Assembly: GCA_964106645.2 (NCBI GenBank)
Contig: OZ067043.1
DNA from: Podarcis pityusensis
Taxonomy: Eukaryota
Strand: one strand, 5' to 3'
DNA: 64,000 bases
This document shows positions 12,397 through 26,329 of the stretch, in pieces. Numbering within the stretch: position 1 is the stretch's first letter; each line of letters begins with the position of its first letter. The notes under the pieces were generated by a model that saw only the letters and a program-made list of their open reading frames with translations, did not search any database and was not told the DNA's origin. A program made the translations under genes and the position numbers.

Positions 12397-14478
12397 GTGA
12401 GTGTACCGAATTGTGTGTGGGCTTTTTTCCATTATGGCATGCAAATCTCGGGAAGGCTTTGCAAGCGGCCGCTCAAGGTTGTGCTTCATATATATATATA
12501 TACTGTATTGTTTTCAGTTTGTCGGGCTGTCATTTTGAATGCATCCGTTCTGTGCATATATCGCATAATGCTCTAGCTGGTAGACCTTTAAATGCAAAAA
12601 AGGGGGAAAAAATCATTCCCATTTCCTGTTGTGAGCGAATTGCTTTCGGATACAGAAGTGCTCCGAGTAAGTGGGCGGGTGCTGAGGGTAGCCTGCTTGG
12701 ATGTGGGAAAGGCTTGGTTTTTTCAATGGCTTACCCGCTTCCCTTTTTTCCTGCCTATCCGGTTGCATTTTCAGCTAAATCCTGAGCTTGAGTGGCTTGT
12801 ATTAATGGGGGGGGGGGGGGAGGCGAGGTTGATGGCACATATGCCCGGTTCTCCCCACTGCATGGCTCTGTGCTTGATCAGAAATTGTTGTCACTTTTGC
12901 TGAGATATATTTAGTCTACTCGTGGCATTCCAGATCATGACAGGATATGAAATCACTTTCCTATATTTATGCCATCCCAGACTAAACGTGAGCCATATGC
13001 GCATTTGTGTCTGCTTGAGTAATGAAAAGACACAGATTGGGGGTTAATCATCTAGTTTTTCCTTACTATCACTGCTGTTAGTTGAGCATTTGTGTTATCT
13101 TATTAATATTTTAAAAATGGTACTAAAAGTTCTAATATTTTCCATGTGTGTGACATAAAAATTGTCTGGGCACAAACTGTGCAAACCTGTACAGTTGTGA
13201 TTGAGATGTATCCTGTCACAGATTGCTGCTGAAGGCTGCTAGGAAACAGGGTGTTCTTAATGGGTTGGGGAAAAACTGCTGATTTAAGGCTTCTTCACAT
13301 CACATATTGCCTAAAGCCACAAAGTAGTAGGAAAGGTGACATGAAAGGACACCCTCTTTCCCTTGTAGAACTGAAAGAACTTACAAGAAATGAACTCATT
13401 AGGGATTTCTTAAGGAGCCCTAAGCAAATATAATGATATATTACAGATATAAAAACCAGTGCCTGATAAAACAAGAAATTTTCCATTGAGATGCCCAGTT
13501 ATCTGAAAGTGTGTGATTTTGCCCTTAAGCATGTGGCTCAGGCACTGCAAAATTAGAGAGTACTTAAAAAAAAAAAAAAGCTTTAAATGATGATAATATG
13601 ACAGAATTAATGAATGCATGTAGACTTGTGGGTAGATATATGAGTAAAGTTTTTACAGCCCCAACACACCTTGGAATTCAGTTTCCAAATATGGTTTGCT
13701 TATTTTTCCTTTCCTATCGTGAACACATCTTCCACCCTGCCAGATCTTTATTCATTATGAAACAAATTCCTGGGTACATAAAGTGATGCTAAAATTAAAC
13801 TGCTTGTCCTGTCATCAGTATACAGCTGCATAGAGGGACATAAAAAGGTCTGGAGCCTCTTCTCTCTTTCTCTCCTTAGTGAACTATTTTCTCCCTTTTA
13901 CTGAAGGGAAACCTGTCCTTGCTTTGCAGTCAGCCCTTTCCATCCCCGGGGCTTGCCTATGTGAACTGGTTCCCAAAAGAAAATAGCCTCTTGACAACGG
14001 CAGCAGAAGGTGTTGCAATGACATACTGTGTTTATAGAGGAAAGTATGCCTGGAGTGCTGCTTATTTTGAACTAATGAGTCCTTAATTGGCCAGAATACT
14101 TTATTGCTTGGTAATCCCTGGCCTGGCTTTTCTTCATGAGATGCTCACTGGAGGTAGAGAATTGCTAAAGCGACGCTGGGCTTGCAGAATAGTTTTATTG
14201 TTGTGTATGAATGCAAAGCAAAGTAATTCAAGGACCTGAGTGTGTTCTTACTGTAAGGAAGCCAGGTGGTGTGCCTGAATAGGCAAATAATCCTTGTGGC
14301 ATACGGTAATTGCCATGTGTAATGGACTGGATGTCCCATATGTCAGTAGAGGCAATTTCAGAAAGTCCCTTATATCATAAATGTTAAATCTGACAAAAGC
14401 TGCAGTCGTCTTTGCACTGACACCTTATGTGCAAGAGAATACCTGAGGACCAGGAAAAATTAGCAGAAAGAGCATATG

Positions 14479-14607
14479 TAGCATGAGACTCTTAATTTCA
14501 GGGTCATGAGTTTGAGTGCCACATTGGGCAAAAGATTCCTGCATTGCAGGGGGTTGGATTTGGTGACCCTTGTGGTCCCTTCCAGCTTGACAATTCTGTG
14601 ATTCCAT
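14479..14607 (+). mobile_element. tRNA-head/CR1-tail SINE
   Basis: GAGACTCTTAATTTCAGGGTC (tRNA-Lys-like head), ATTCCTGCATTGCAGGGGGTTGGA core, ATTCTGTGATTCC tail. Confidence 0.7.
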
Positions 14608-17600
14608 GCTGGGGCCCTCATTTTACCCCTGCTTCTCAAGCCACTTGGGTGTTCGTGCAGCCTCTGTGCACTCTCCACATCTCTGGAGAGTTGGGTAACC
14701 CTCTGGAGCAAATTTCAGAAGGCAGAAGGGCTGTAAAGAGGAGGAGAGGAAGTCTGCTCACACATGGTTGAATAGTCATCCCTTGTTGAGAATCTGAACA
14801 CTTAGCAGAAATACTATAGAAATGGTACAATTGAAGCTAAACTTAAAACTTTGTCAGCCTTGTAAACTAAGTGGAGTCAAGCTAGGTCAGCATTTGAATG
14901 AGGGTTAGTAGTTATCTCATTGCTGCTGTACATTGTATTTGATTGCATCATGTGTTGAGATATAATGGGCAGAGTTCGCCAAAGAAGCTCTGTCTGACTT
15001 CAGCTTTTGCAGTGGGTCTTTCTGCACTCTCCTACCCTGCAATTGGATTTGAGGGGAGTTGAGAGAACCCTCAGAACAGCATACAGAAGGGAAAGAGGGG
15101 GGATAATTCCATGCACAGTCAAAATGGTTGGAAGAGCATGATATTGAATTCCAAACTATGTTGGAAACTGCCTGGTGATTCCTAAGCAATAAAAGGCTGA
15201 TTTATATATTTTGGTAAATAGATACTTTGAGGAGACTGTTGCAGAGTCATAAAGTGATATTGGTGTGTTGTGCCACTCTGCAGGTAGAGTTACTACTTTT
15301 GCCTGAAACTAAATTGGTGACACTGAGTAGTAAGTTTATCCAAAAGTTCAGGATACTTAAAGCAGTACAGTATTCAAGTTTTACTCAGAGTGGACCCATT
15401 GAAATTAATGAACCAAAGTCATGTTCATTCATTTCATTGAGTCAGTTTTGAGTAAAACTAAGTTCTGGCTAGCATATGTAATACATATTATTTTTAAAAA
15501 ACCGACTCATGGTCTCATGCATTGTATTCCATTCCTCTTCTAAATTTTGGTGTTGGTATTCTTCAGCTGGTGGTGTCCTGCAACTTTTTCTGGCTGAGAG
15601 AAATTTGGTAAAGTTGGGGAAGGACACAACAGTGAACTCCTGGGAAAACTGATTCTATGTTGCCCTAACTTGTGTTGTGTGGATAGAGCAGCAATGGGAG
15701 GGGGGAGGCTTTTACGAGAGCCCTTTGCTTATACAGTACTGAAGTCTGTACCCATGTTTATTTTAGCAAATTGTCGTCATGCGGGGCAACAGAGAAGGCA
15801 AGAAGGCTTGTTGTAGATTTTCAAAGGCTGGTTCATCTTGCTATGTGAACTGTTTTCTAATGTAGCTTACCAATTCTGTATTAGTTGTTACCCATATAAG
15901 CATTTGTCTTTTTAAAGCCCATGAACCATTTAAATTGGCTTGCAAAATTTAAAATCACAGTGCAATAAAAAATGTAATACAGCAATAAAAATACACAAAT
16001 TAAACATTTAAACACGTTAAAAGGCAGCTGTGTTGGAGAGCACAGGTAAAAATGACCGTCACAAATAATACTGCTTTCCAATATGAAAAAACGTCTGTGG
16101 CTTTTGCTGGCTGGTAGAGGAACCCATCTGCACTTCGCAGAGCATGGTATTCCACAATACTGGTGCAGCCAATGAATTTTCAATAAATAATTTCTGTCTT
16201 TAGCAAATGCAGTATTCATTTCTGGTAGGAAATCTTAGCCAGCTCACCCCCCTCAAACTAAGAAACTACTTTACATGTGGCTACCTAAAACACACTGCAG
16301 ATTTGAGGCATTAACGTTGAAACCAGATAGGAAAAGAGAGCTCCAAATTGTATTCCTAATTCAACTAACAGACAAGATGCAAGAGTTAATGGACTCTCCT
16401 TCTCTCTCTCTCCCCCACCCACACACTTAATTTTTGCTAGGGTGATTACCAACAAGTTTAGTGCAATATACTGTATCTCTTATGTCTGAGCAGAATTTTG
16501 TTCAAAAAGGTTCAGAATTACCTGTTCCCCTTCCCCCACAAAAAGCCGCACAACCTGTGGCAAATAAGATAAGGCATGACCAGATAAAAGCTCCATGAAG
16601 CTGGAAAGGGGTCTCTGAACATGCTGTCAGATTACCTTTAAAAACCCTGAAATAAAATATCAATATTGCTATCCTAGTCACATTAGTTACGGACTCTGCA
16701 ACTATGTTCTTGGTTCTACTGTACTTTGAAAGGGCTTGTTGTAACAGTAAAAGGTGCACTGGTTCACTTTACACGAGGGATGGGAAACTTGTGGCTCTCC
16801 AAATACTGCTGGACTGTGCTTCTCATCATCTCTGACCCTTGACCGTGGGACGGATGAGAGTCAACCAGTGAGAGCTACAGGTTCCTCACCTGTTTCGTGC
16901 TAAAAGATGAGAAGGTGAAAAGCATTGTAAAGAGGGGTCTGCTTGATTCCTCGTTTAAAAACTCACTTTATCTAATAAACCCATGGATATCCTTAGGCAC
17001 ACCACCTATTCCATTATGTAGAAATATAAATGCTGGCTTATTTCCCAGGCCCGTTGAAAAATTTCCTTTTAGAGATTATGTGAAGTGCTTTGATTTCTCT
17101 AAATTGTGTTGTTGTTGTTTGTTTGTTGTTTGTTTGTTTGCATTGAGGCCAGGAGATGGCAGCTTGTTTGATACTGTCGACAATGTTGTAAACTTTTGCT
17201 ATCACACCTTCAAATAACCCTAAAGCCTAGAAATTTACTTTAAAAGTTACCAAGGCCCTGATTCATGCATAGAAGAGGGTCTGTTTTATATGGTAGCCCA
17301 AAGGCAGAGTTGCCTAGTGGTAATGAATCATATCTGAAAGCCGCCGCCCCCCCCCCCCCATTTTTGTGGCCCTTTGGTGGATATCAGTGGGAATGACTAC
17401 TATATGTTTAGCCATATCACAACCAAGCCATATAAGTGACAAGGAAAACCATTTGAGGATAATGTCTCTGCAGAGCAAATCATGATTTGCAAGGTGGAAA
17501 TGGGGCTTGGTTCTCCCAGTCAAAATCATAAGCTTGCGCTGGGCTGATTTTAAAAATATATCCCTGCATGTGAAAAGCCATGTTAGGGGGAAATTTAAGA

Positions 17601-20600
17601 TTATATCCCTTCTCCCTCTTGTGTATGTGTTAAGGAGAAAATCCATTTGTGCCGAGGAGCACTGATTTATTTATATTCTGCCTTTCATCGTAAGAGCTTG
17701 GAGCAAGGCACAATTAAGAATTATTACAGATCAAACAAAATATGCAACCAGGTAAAATAAAATAAATGTGAAATTGCCAAGCGCACCTATAAAAATTCCA
17801 AGATGGACATAGCCATTTCGAAAGGCTTAGGTAAACAGCCATGTTTTGAGTAGCCACCTGCCGCCTTATGTGGTACAGCCCAGACACAGGGTTCCCAGCA
17901 CTGGCTTCTCTGCTTGTGAGAATTCAGCCTGCGGAAAGTCTGTTTATAGGGATTGGCTTGTGGATAAATGGGTGAGGCCTCTGAGTAAACTGCAGTTCCT
18001 TGACTCAGTCATGAAAGAACTTGCAGCTGTCCTCAGTTTGCCAGTGCACCTGTTCCTCTCCTTATACTGTCTTCCACTCCTGCTCAAATACTTCATAATG
18101 TGCAAGGACATAAACTACCTGACTTTGTGCACTAGCATTTTACCTCATTGTCTCTAATGAGAGACTCTAAGCAATCCCATTTCCCCCCATTTGCATCTCT
18201 TGCAGCCAAGCCTTTGGGCTGAGATTTCACTGTTGTTGTTATGAGGCATTTACAGATGAACCTTTTTTAAAAGGGGGGGACTGATGTTTGTGCTTATATT
18301 CACCAAGCCACTGTTAGTAAAAAAGGGAGGCATTCCATGTGGCTGTGACATAGTGCTGAATAAATCTTTTGATGATGGTTCACACATTCCTGTCCCCAGA
18401 GGCAACATTTTTGAACCAAACTGCAGAAAGACTTCTTCTGGTTGTTGTCCCTCCCACTTCTGTTCTTTATGTCTTCATGGTAGCAGCTTAGCATTTATTT
18501 ATTTTTTATGTTTTTGCTTCCATGGGCTGAAGCAGCATAATTGGATTCAGTGCGGTGCAAATCGCTGCAAATATGTGAGCTGAAAGGATGAAGTTTAGAC
18601 AGTGTGTGGCCTTGTTTCATAAGTCCACATTTGGTCATGAAGATATTTGGTGAATTTGCCTACAATAGCAATTTCCAAGAAGCAAAACAGAAAAGAAAAA
18701 AGAAAACCTTGCTGGAATCTTTCTCTGAAAACAGACTTGCTGTCTGGAAAGAGGACGAAGCAAAGATGGTTTTTCAAGGCACAATGATCGGGGTCTCCAA
18801 CTTCAATTAGCTGCATAAAATCCTTTCTAGCTGGAGTACTGGAGGAGTGGTTTACCTAAAAATTGCGGATTGTGCGGATATTGACACCGCTGCTATGTGG
18901 CAGAAAACATTATGTGCCATTAATTTCCGTTTGTTTAAATGTGTTCTTAAACAGTGTTTGTAAATGTGCTGGTTTAACGAGGAGACTGGGAATTTTGCCT
19001 GATCCACTAGTCATGCATTTTTAATGAATGATGGGCACTTTGTCTCTGATGAGCAGCATATTAAATCAATCTGCAGTCCTATTTAAATGGGAGTGTAGGG
19101 TGTGCAACAGTAGTCTATCTCTTGGGGAGGAAGGACAGCAGATCCTGCAAACTAGAATTGCTTGGGATACAAAGTTGGAGGTGTGTTTTGATTGAGTTAG
19201 TAATTTTGGGCAGGGCCCCAGTATGACAGCAGCAGAGAAAATGGGACTAGGAAGCCTTTCAAAAGGCAAAACCAGCCTTGTTGCAAGAAAACTGGTTGTG
19301 ATGAAAGCCAGTAACATGGGGCCAACTATTACGTACTGTATTGCTAGATTTGCAATATTTCTTTAAGAAAAAATGGAAAATAAACTTTAAAATAGCAGCA
19401 CCATTTACAATAATCTTGGGGAAATTTGGATTAAAGGTTCTAGGGTGGTGATGCCAGATTACCCTTTGTTTAAAAGACTAATCCAGACTTCAAATGTATC
19501 CTGAAAGGGACAGAATCCCTGTGAAACCATGCAGGGCAGGGTAAATAACCCAGCTCCTAACTACTTACTTTAACACATATGGATCACATGAATATTCCCT
19601 GAGAGGGGGAATATGCCAGTGTCGGTTGGGTCCAAGGGCAAAAGTAGGCAGAGCAATTGATTTTGAACACTAGCGGCTTTCCATCTAAGGAAATATTATC
19701 AGAGTTTAAAGACATATTGCAGTCAGGCAAAACCCTTAAGGAAGGTGCAACTGGAGAGAGTAACATGCAAACGTGTGCTATTCTTGGATTATGTCATGTT
19801 TAAGTTACAGGGTGGGTGGCGTGTTATTGCCCTACTGTCTTCTAGTTAGGCCACCCCACTCTCTCTGGGTGATTGACCCCCCAAAATACTAGAAGTATGT
19901 AGCGCCACTGACAACGCAGTCTGAAGAAAGCAACTGTATTAAGTATTAAGTATTCCCTACTTTCCCTCAAGGTAAAAAAAAGTGTGTGTTGTAGCCATGA
20001 GTAGGTTTGGTTGCCTGGGATAAGTGCTTCTGAAACTGCCTTGATCTTTCATACTGCAGCTTTGTTTCTTAATTTTTCCATAATGCATGCTAAATAATTC
20101 AGTGTCTTTTATCAGGAGAAATAACCTGAGAGAACTTCTGTTCTCCTGCAAGCTAGCTTTCAAGTTTGCCCTCTGATGTGCTGCAGCAATGAAGCAGTAA
20201 TGGGCTTTGATTTGTGGAGTCTTGCCGTGGTCCGTGCTGTGAAGCAGGAGGAGGAATTGCTGTACCTGTGTCAGTCAAAGTGCCTTGGCCTGCCCTGTTG
20301 CCGTTTCTTCATATCAAGCCGTGCATACAAGAACAGTTACACTTATAACCCTGCTGGCACACTCTGGGCTAAGCCTCTCAGTTCCCTTTATGTCACTAGA
20401 AAGATAGCAAAAGAAGTCACTCCTGACAGATTGATTTTGGTTGGGGGAAAGAGGAGTGAACAAGGGACAGAAAGAGCAGACTTTCTCAGCCTGCACAGGA
20501 AAATAAACCCAACAACTTCATACTATATGAGTGGATTGCAAAACAAAACTAAAAACAAAGGACAATTTATTGCATGCTTCACATTGTAAAATTAACATAC

Positions 20601-21806
20601 TTCCTAAACATATATGCCTACATTGGTCGAGGTAATGATTAAAATATAATTTACAGCTAAATAGAGCAGGCATAGGTAACCGCAGTTATGGGGCCTGATC
20701 TGCCCCCCAAGCATATTATTCTCCCCCAACCTAATTTTAATAGCTGCAGAAAGAGAAAAATATTGAAGTAGACACTGTGCTGGAGAAGGTGGAGCCCACT
20801 GTCCTGAGAAGGATACATCCTGCCCCCTCGTATCTTATGAGCAGAGAGCATGTGATGACTTCCCTTCTCTGGTGGCTGCATATACCAGCTGAGGAGGGTC
20901 ACAATTGTTGGCCTGTGTGAGAAAGTGCGAGTTGATCACGCCCATCACTGGTATGCAAAAACTACCTGTTATGCAAAAGCTTTGATAATGCAGCCTATAT
21001 GCCTTTAATATTATAGTTATGCCTGTTTCTTCGTGACAAAGGGAGGCAACCATGTAGCTGATTTCTGCTTGGAAGTCTGTACATTGCAAAAACAGTGCTG
21101 CTGCTCCCTGAGCCACAGCATAATGCTCTATGGGAGGAGTCCACACTGGCTCCTCTCCACACCAGCGTTTCTTGTCTAAAAGCTGTGCTAATGCTGGCAT
21201 TGGGAAGAGCTTCAGCATGTAGTCCAGAGGTGCTTGCACTATGCTGCTGACACAGGAACAGCACTCCTGCCACTCCCATGCTGCCAAGGTGACTTAACCC
21301 TATCAAACAGCATTGAACTTGACAGAAATGATGGAAAGTTACTGGGCAGAACAGTGTTTTCTTTATAATAGGGCTGGCGATCTTATGGCCCTCCAGATGT
21401 TCTTAGATTCCCATTAGCATGGTCAGGGAGGATAGCAGTTGTAGTTCCAACTACACCTGCGTGGTCAAAAGTTCCCCAGCCTTGCTCTAGAAGATTACTG
21501 TTAATAAGCACATTTATTTTTAAAGTCATAAATATTCAGAAATGCAGAACTGGATGAATTGCTAGGAAATTTAGAGGTCATTAAATGAATATACCATTCA
21601 CTCAGGTGGAGTTAGCAGAAGACTCTGGGGTGATGCAGGATGGAGTCTCATAGATCCTAGTGCCCATGTTTGGCCAGTCCCTGGTTCTAGTAGGAAGCCC
21701 ACAATAAGTGCATGATTCATTATATCCTTTATTAAGGACCTTGAAAAGCCAGATTTCTCTTCTCTTACACACACAAAAGTCAGGCATTAACTCAGTTTGT
21801 AGGATA

Positions 21807-21940
21807 TAGCTATAGCTCAGTTGGTTGAGCATAGGACTCACTCTCAGGGTTGTGGATTCAAGATTGGCCAAAATATTCCTGAATTGCAGGGGTTGGACTA
21901 GATGACCCACATAGTCCCTTTCAACTCTACGATTCTATGA
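21807..21940 (+). mobile_element. tRNA-head/CR1-tail SINE
   Basis: TAGCTCAGTTGGTTGAGCA A-box; GCAGGGGTTGGACTAGATGACC...CAACTCTACGATTCTATGA tail; same family as 14479. Confidence 0.7.
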
Positions 21941-22830
21941 CTGTGTGAAAAGGGTCATGGTTTCAGTTTGAGATTATAAATTTTGGGCTTTAGCTTGTTT
22001 TTAATACATTTGGATCTTGTTGTTAGCCAGATTTCCCCCCGATTTGCTATAATGGAAATGTAATAAAAATCTGATTCCATGCAAAAGACTAAATAGTATG
22101 AATGTAATTGTGGTCACTTCTGTGCCTCAGAAGCACACTCCATTGTCTCTCAAAACAGACAGATGCCAACAACAACAACGTCATCTGCCAAATGGCAGAC
22201 AAAGGCATCACTCTTATCTTCTTACCTGGGAGTAAGCCCCAGTGAAATCAAGGGAACTTAATATTAGACATGTATAGGATTGTGCTGTAGAAGACGTGTC
22301 TACAATGACTACTACTGCTTGTTGCATCAGCAAATACAAACATAGTACAGTAAACAAGTAGAGTGGACGAGGACCTTTATGGCACTGGATTCTACTTTAG
22401 CTGGAAACCTAGACCTGGAACATGGAAATTAATCATTTCATTCATTATTTCCACAGCTAATAGTAGGTATAATGTACTATAGAATGCTTATTGATGCTGC
22501 GCCAATATGCTTACTAGAAACTCGAAGTGCTGGAAAATATTCCCGATTTGCTAAAAGCCTTTTGTTGCAGCCTCTGCTTACAACCCAACCATTGTACAGT
22601 AGGTGTCACTCTGGTTCTCTTAACTATGAATGGGCTGTAAAAATTGCATACCTTCAAAACAAGCTTTTATACGCTGCCCAAGCATTCCACTTTGTGGCAG
22701 GTGCCATATTCACAGTGGTGGTATAAATTTTCTCCATTCTGCGTGAACAATGTGCTTGAACTTCAAAAGCACTCGTGTCTAGAAACAAGTGGAGAACAGC
22801 CTAAGTACTTAGTTTGCTGTAGGTCACAAT

Positions 22831-23661
22831 TAGGCCTGGGCAGTATATCAATATACCGCCCAGGACTGGTGTGAGGAGCAGACCGTGATGTTGGCTTCAC
22901 TCAGCGGTATATCACTGATGAAACGGCCACGCTCCTGTGTCCCTCAGCTAGCAGCGTAACTTCGTCCAGGGGTTGCTGCTAGCAGAGGGACTCTGAAGTG
23001 CAGCTGTTTCACCAGCGATATACTGCTGAGTGAAACTGACATTGCGGTCTGCCCGCATACAGCACAGAGGGAGAAACAAGCTGCATTGGCGAGGTGCCTA
23101 TACAGCGAGGTGCCTCCCTCCACATCTTTAAACTGCTCGGCCGAGGGGCACCCGGTTGCCACTCCCTTCAGCCAAGCATTTAATGGTGCCCCCTGTCCAG
23201 TGCTGGCTTGCCCAAGTTGGCAGCGGGGTGGGGGCTCTGTGAAACTGGCGACCCCCGACACCTCAGCAGCATTGGATCGCTGGGGCGGGGGAAGGCTTCT
23301 TCTACGGCCCAGCTGCACAAAGCCCAGTGCTGCTGTGGTGTTGGATCGCTCAGATGCAGAGTGGAAGAAGTCTCCCCCCCACCCTATCCGAGTGATCTGA
23401 TGTTGCAGATGGGATTTGGGGAGGGGGGGAGCCCTCCTGCCCCCCAGCTGAGCAGTGGCCTAGGCTAGCTGCATTGGCCCTCCTGCAAGACATTGAGGTG
23501 AAAGGGATCCAGCTCTGGCGTTGAGAGCTGTGGCAATTTCACCCTGCCTCTAGCTGGCTAGGGCCAATGGATTTTGTTTCAACATCGGGGTATATCGCCA
23601 AACCACAATGTCTAGCTGGTGATACGTCACAATGTTGAAAATCTAACATTGCCCAGCCCTA
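22831..23661. mobile_element. Non-autonomous hAT DNA transposon (831 bp)
   Basis: TIRs TAGGCCTGGGCA / TGCCCAGCCCTA; 8-bp TSD GTCACAAT (22823-22830) / GTTACAAT (23662-23669); GC-rich interior with no transposase ORF. Confidence 0.82.
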
Positions 23662-26329
23662 GTTACAATATGCTCTGACTGAGATAATGAAGTAGGTTTC
23701 AGGTTTGTTTGTGTAGAAGACACCTGTCCAATTTGCCCTAAAATGTGACACACCTAAAAAGTGCTGCACTTGAAACCTTGTCTCTTATTTTCCCACCTGT
23801 TCTTTCTGGATATAATGACTTTTCGGGGTCTCATTATTTATAACAATACAAAATACGGTGGTCAAGCAATGGTGTTGGGGGGGGTGGGCCCTGGATCTTT
23901 TGCAGTAGACCCTAGATCTGGTGTCCATCCATCCCCGTGTCTCCCCTTTATTTCATATTTGAATTTACTTACAGGGCAGCTTTCCCTCTGAGTCAGCCTA
24001 ATTTGCACTATACATTTGCATTAACAAACTTGTATGTAAATATGTGTCATGGTCCTGCCTCAAGTCCTTTTAAGGCTGTAGGAACATCCCTGTAGTCAAA
24101 ATTTAACACCGTTTTGATTTATTACTAGCTTGTTTAAAATCCTTATGAAACAAGTGCTTTTTAAAGATTCTAGGTTTCCATAAGGTGCCCTAATGACAGC
24201 AGTGAACAAGAATGTAGCAGCTGTGCTTCTGCTTGTCAACCTATTCTCTCAAATACTTTCAAAATTGAGGCTTGCAAATGCCTTACTACTTACTTTTGGA
24301 ATTAAAAATACCAGCTTGTTTGGACTGCATAGCAGCACTACAAAGGATTAACCATGGCCTACTTGACCTATTCAGTTCATTGGGGAATCTGTATGGATTA
24401 TTTTGGACTTGGACCAAGATATCTGAGAAAAGTGTCCTCTCTTGGGTGGCTTTGAGTAACTGACTGTTATTTGAAAGGACAAGTGACATAAGGCAGGGCT
24501 TCTTTAGTGGTGGCCCTTCACCTCTGAAATTCCCTCCCAAATGGCATTTGATATTCAGCCACTGCAAAAAAAAAAAAAGTAAAAGGAGTTGAACTTGTCC
24601 AGGCATTCAGATGTTGAAGTAGTATTTGTGGTGAGGTTCTACAGTTTTATCACATGTTCCTTGTTTTTATTTGAGTATTTTCTTTTGATTATGGTATTTT
24701 TTTATTGCTGTAAGCTACCTATGCTCCATTTTAGAGAAAGGATACAATAGAAATCTATCAAATAAATAACGCCTTCCTTGCAGATGATGATAAAATGGAG
24801 TAAGTCCCCATACACTACCCTGAGTACCTTGAAGGAAAGGCAGGGTACACATGTGCTAAACTTAAAATACTAAAAGTGTCAAAATTCAAGTAGGGGTGAG
24901 GTTCAGGATATTGTCAGTGGTGAAGGAATAGTAACTATATTCTCAAAAGTATTTTTGTCACTGTATCTTATGACAGGAGTGGGTTGACATGTACCATCTA
25001 CTTAAAACTAAAACTCTTGCACCACCAGTTACATGATAAACTTAGGGTACAGTCCAAACTCCTGATCTGCTGCACTGGGAGGTGGGTGCTGGATGGTGTG
25101 GAGACCAGAAAAGCTGGTGTCAGTCTCCTGACTTGTGTCAGTCTGCTGGCCTGGAGCACTCCGTTCTGCCTACTAAAAGTGCAGAAGATCACCTGGAAAG
25201 CTCTAAAATAGGGTGCTGTGGCAGCAGGGAAGGACTGAACAGACTACAATCCACTGGAGCCATTCCAACTGGCATAATCTGATGGCATCAGGTGTGATCA
25301 CTCTGCCTGTCTTTCCACCTTCTGCCCCAGCAGGTGTAAGCAATGAACAAGGCTGCAGTTGTAGTGGTGATTGCTGCTTCATCACACCCTGCCTTTGCCC
25401 AGATGGGGTTTGAATTGCTCTGCCAGAAAGCAATAGGACTTAGCTGGAATCGCTTGCTTGTTGCAGCATAATTAATCTGTGCTAAATTATCCTGTGTATG
25501 CTTTCTTGCTTGGTCTTGGTCTCCAGTGCAGCTAAGAGCTTTCTGAGATAGAACTAACATGGTGAGAACTACAGTCCATTCTCCCTGATATGCTAGCTTG
25601 TGTTGGTGGATTTGTGTTTTTTGCATGAGAGTGTTCAAAAGCCTGTGGTGGCATTCTAATTTAACATCTCATTCTGCATGTGTAGATTAGGTTTTAAACA
25701 TGTAAGTCAGAGTATTATTATTTAATTTATATCCCACCCTACCCTCCCAGGGTAGCAAACAATGAGTATTAAAGCAGTAAATGCATCTTAAATGAATGAG
25801 CAACCAAGGTCCACCTGGCTCAGGATTTTTGGGAAATCCCAGTAACCACGAGGAGGAGGTCTGCCAGAAATGGACTACTGCAGCAGGGCCTGCCCCCTAA
25901 CCCAGGTGTATATGAAGGTGGGATCAACACCCCCCTCCCCTTGCCACCTTGAGGCCAGTTAACTGGAAATAAGGTCAAAACCACCAAGGACTTTTTGAGC
26001 ATATACATTTCAGCCCATGAATTCATTTTCAGTAGCAAAACGCCATTCCTGGTGCCCCCCCCCCCCAAGTTTTCTTCATTCTGGCAGCCTATTTGGAGGG
26101 CAAAAACAGTAAAAAAAATGGAAGTCAGAAAACCTTGATGATCTTAACTGCAGATTGCCCAGAGTCCTACCAATAGATGCTGACCCCTTCTTTCTCACCA
26201 GCAGTGAAACAGATTCTGCTGGGACAGAATCCTTAAATTTCCATACTAGCCTTCCTCTGAGGATCACAGGGCGGTAGACTATAATTAAACGAAAATGCAA
26301 ACCGTAGCAACAAACAAAAACAGTAACCG

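Noticed and set aside
21807-21870. tRNA-like sequences (also ~5900-5958, 14479, 43223)
   Set aside because: They do not fold into cloverleaves and are attached to SINE bodies.
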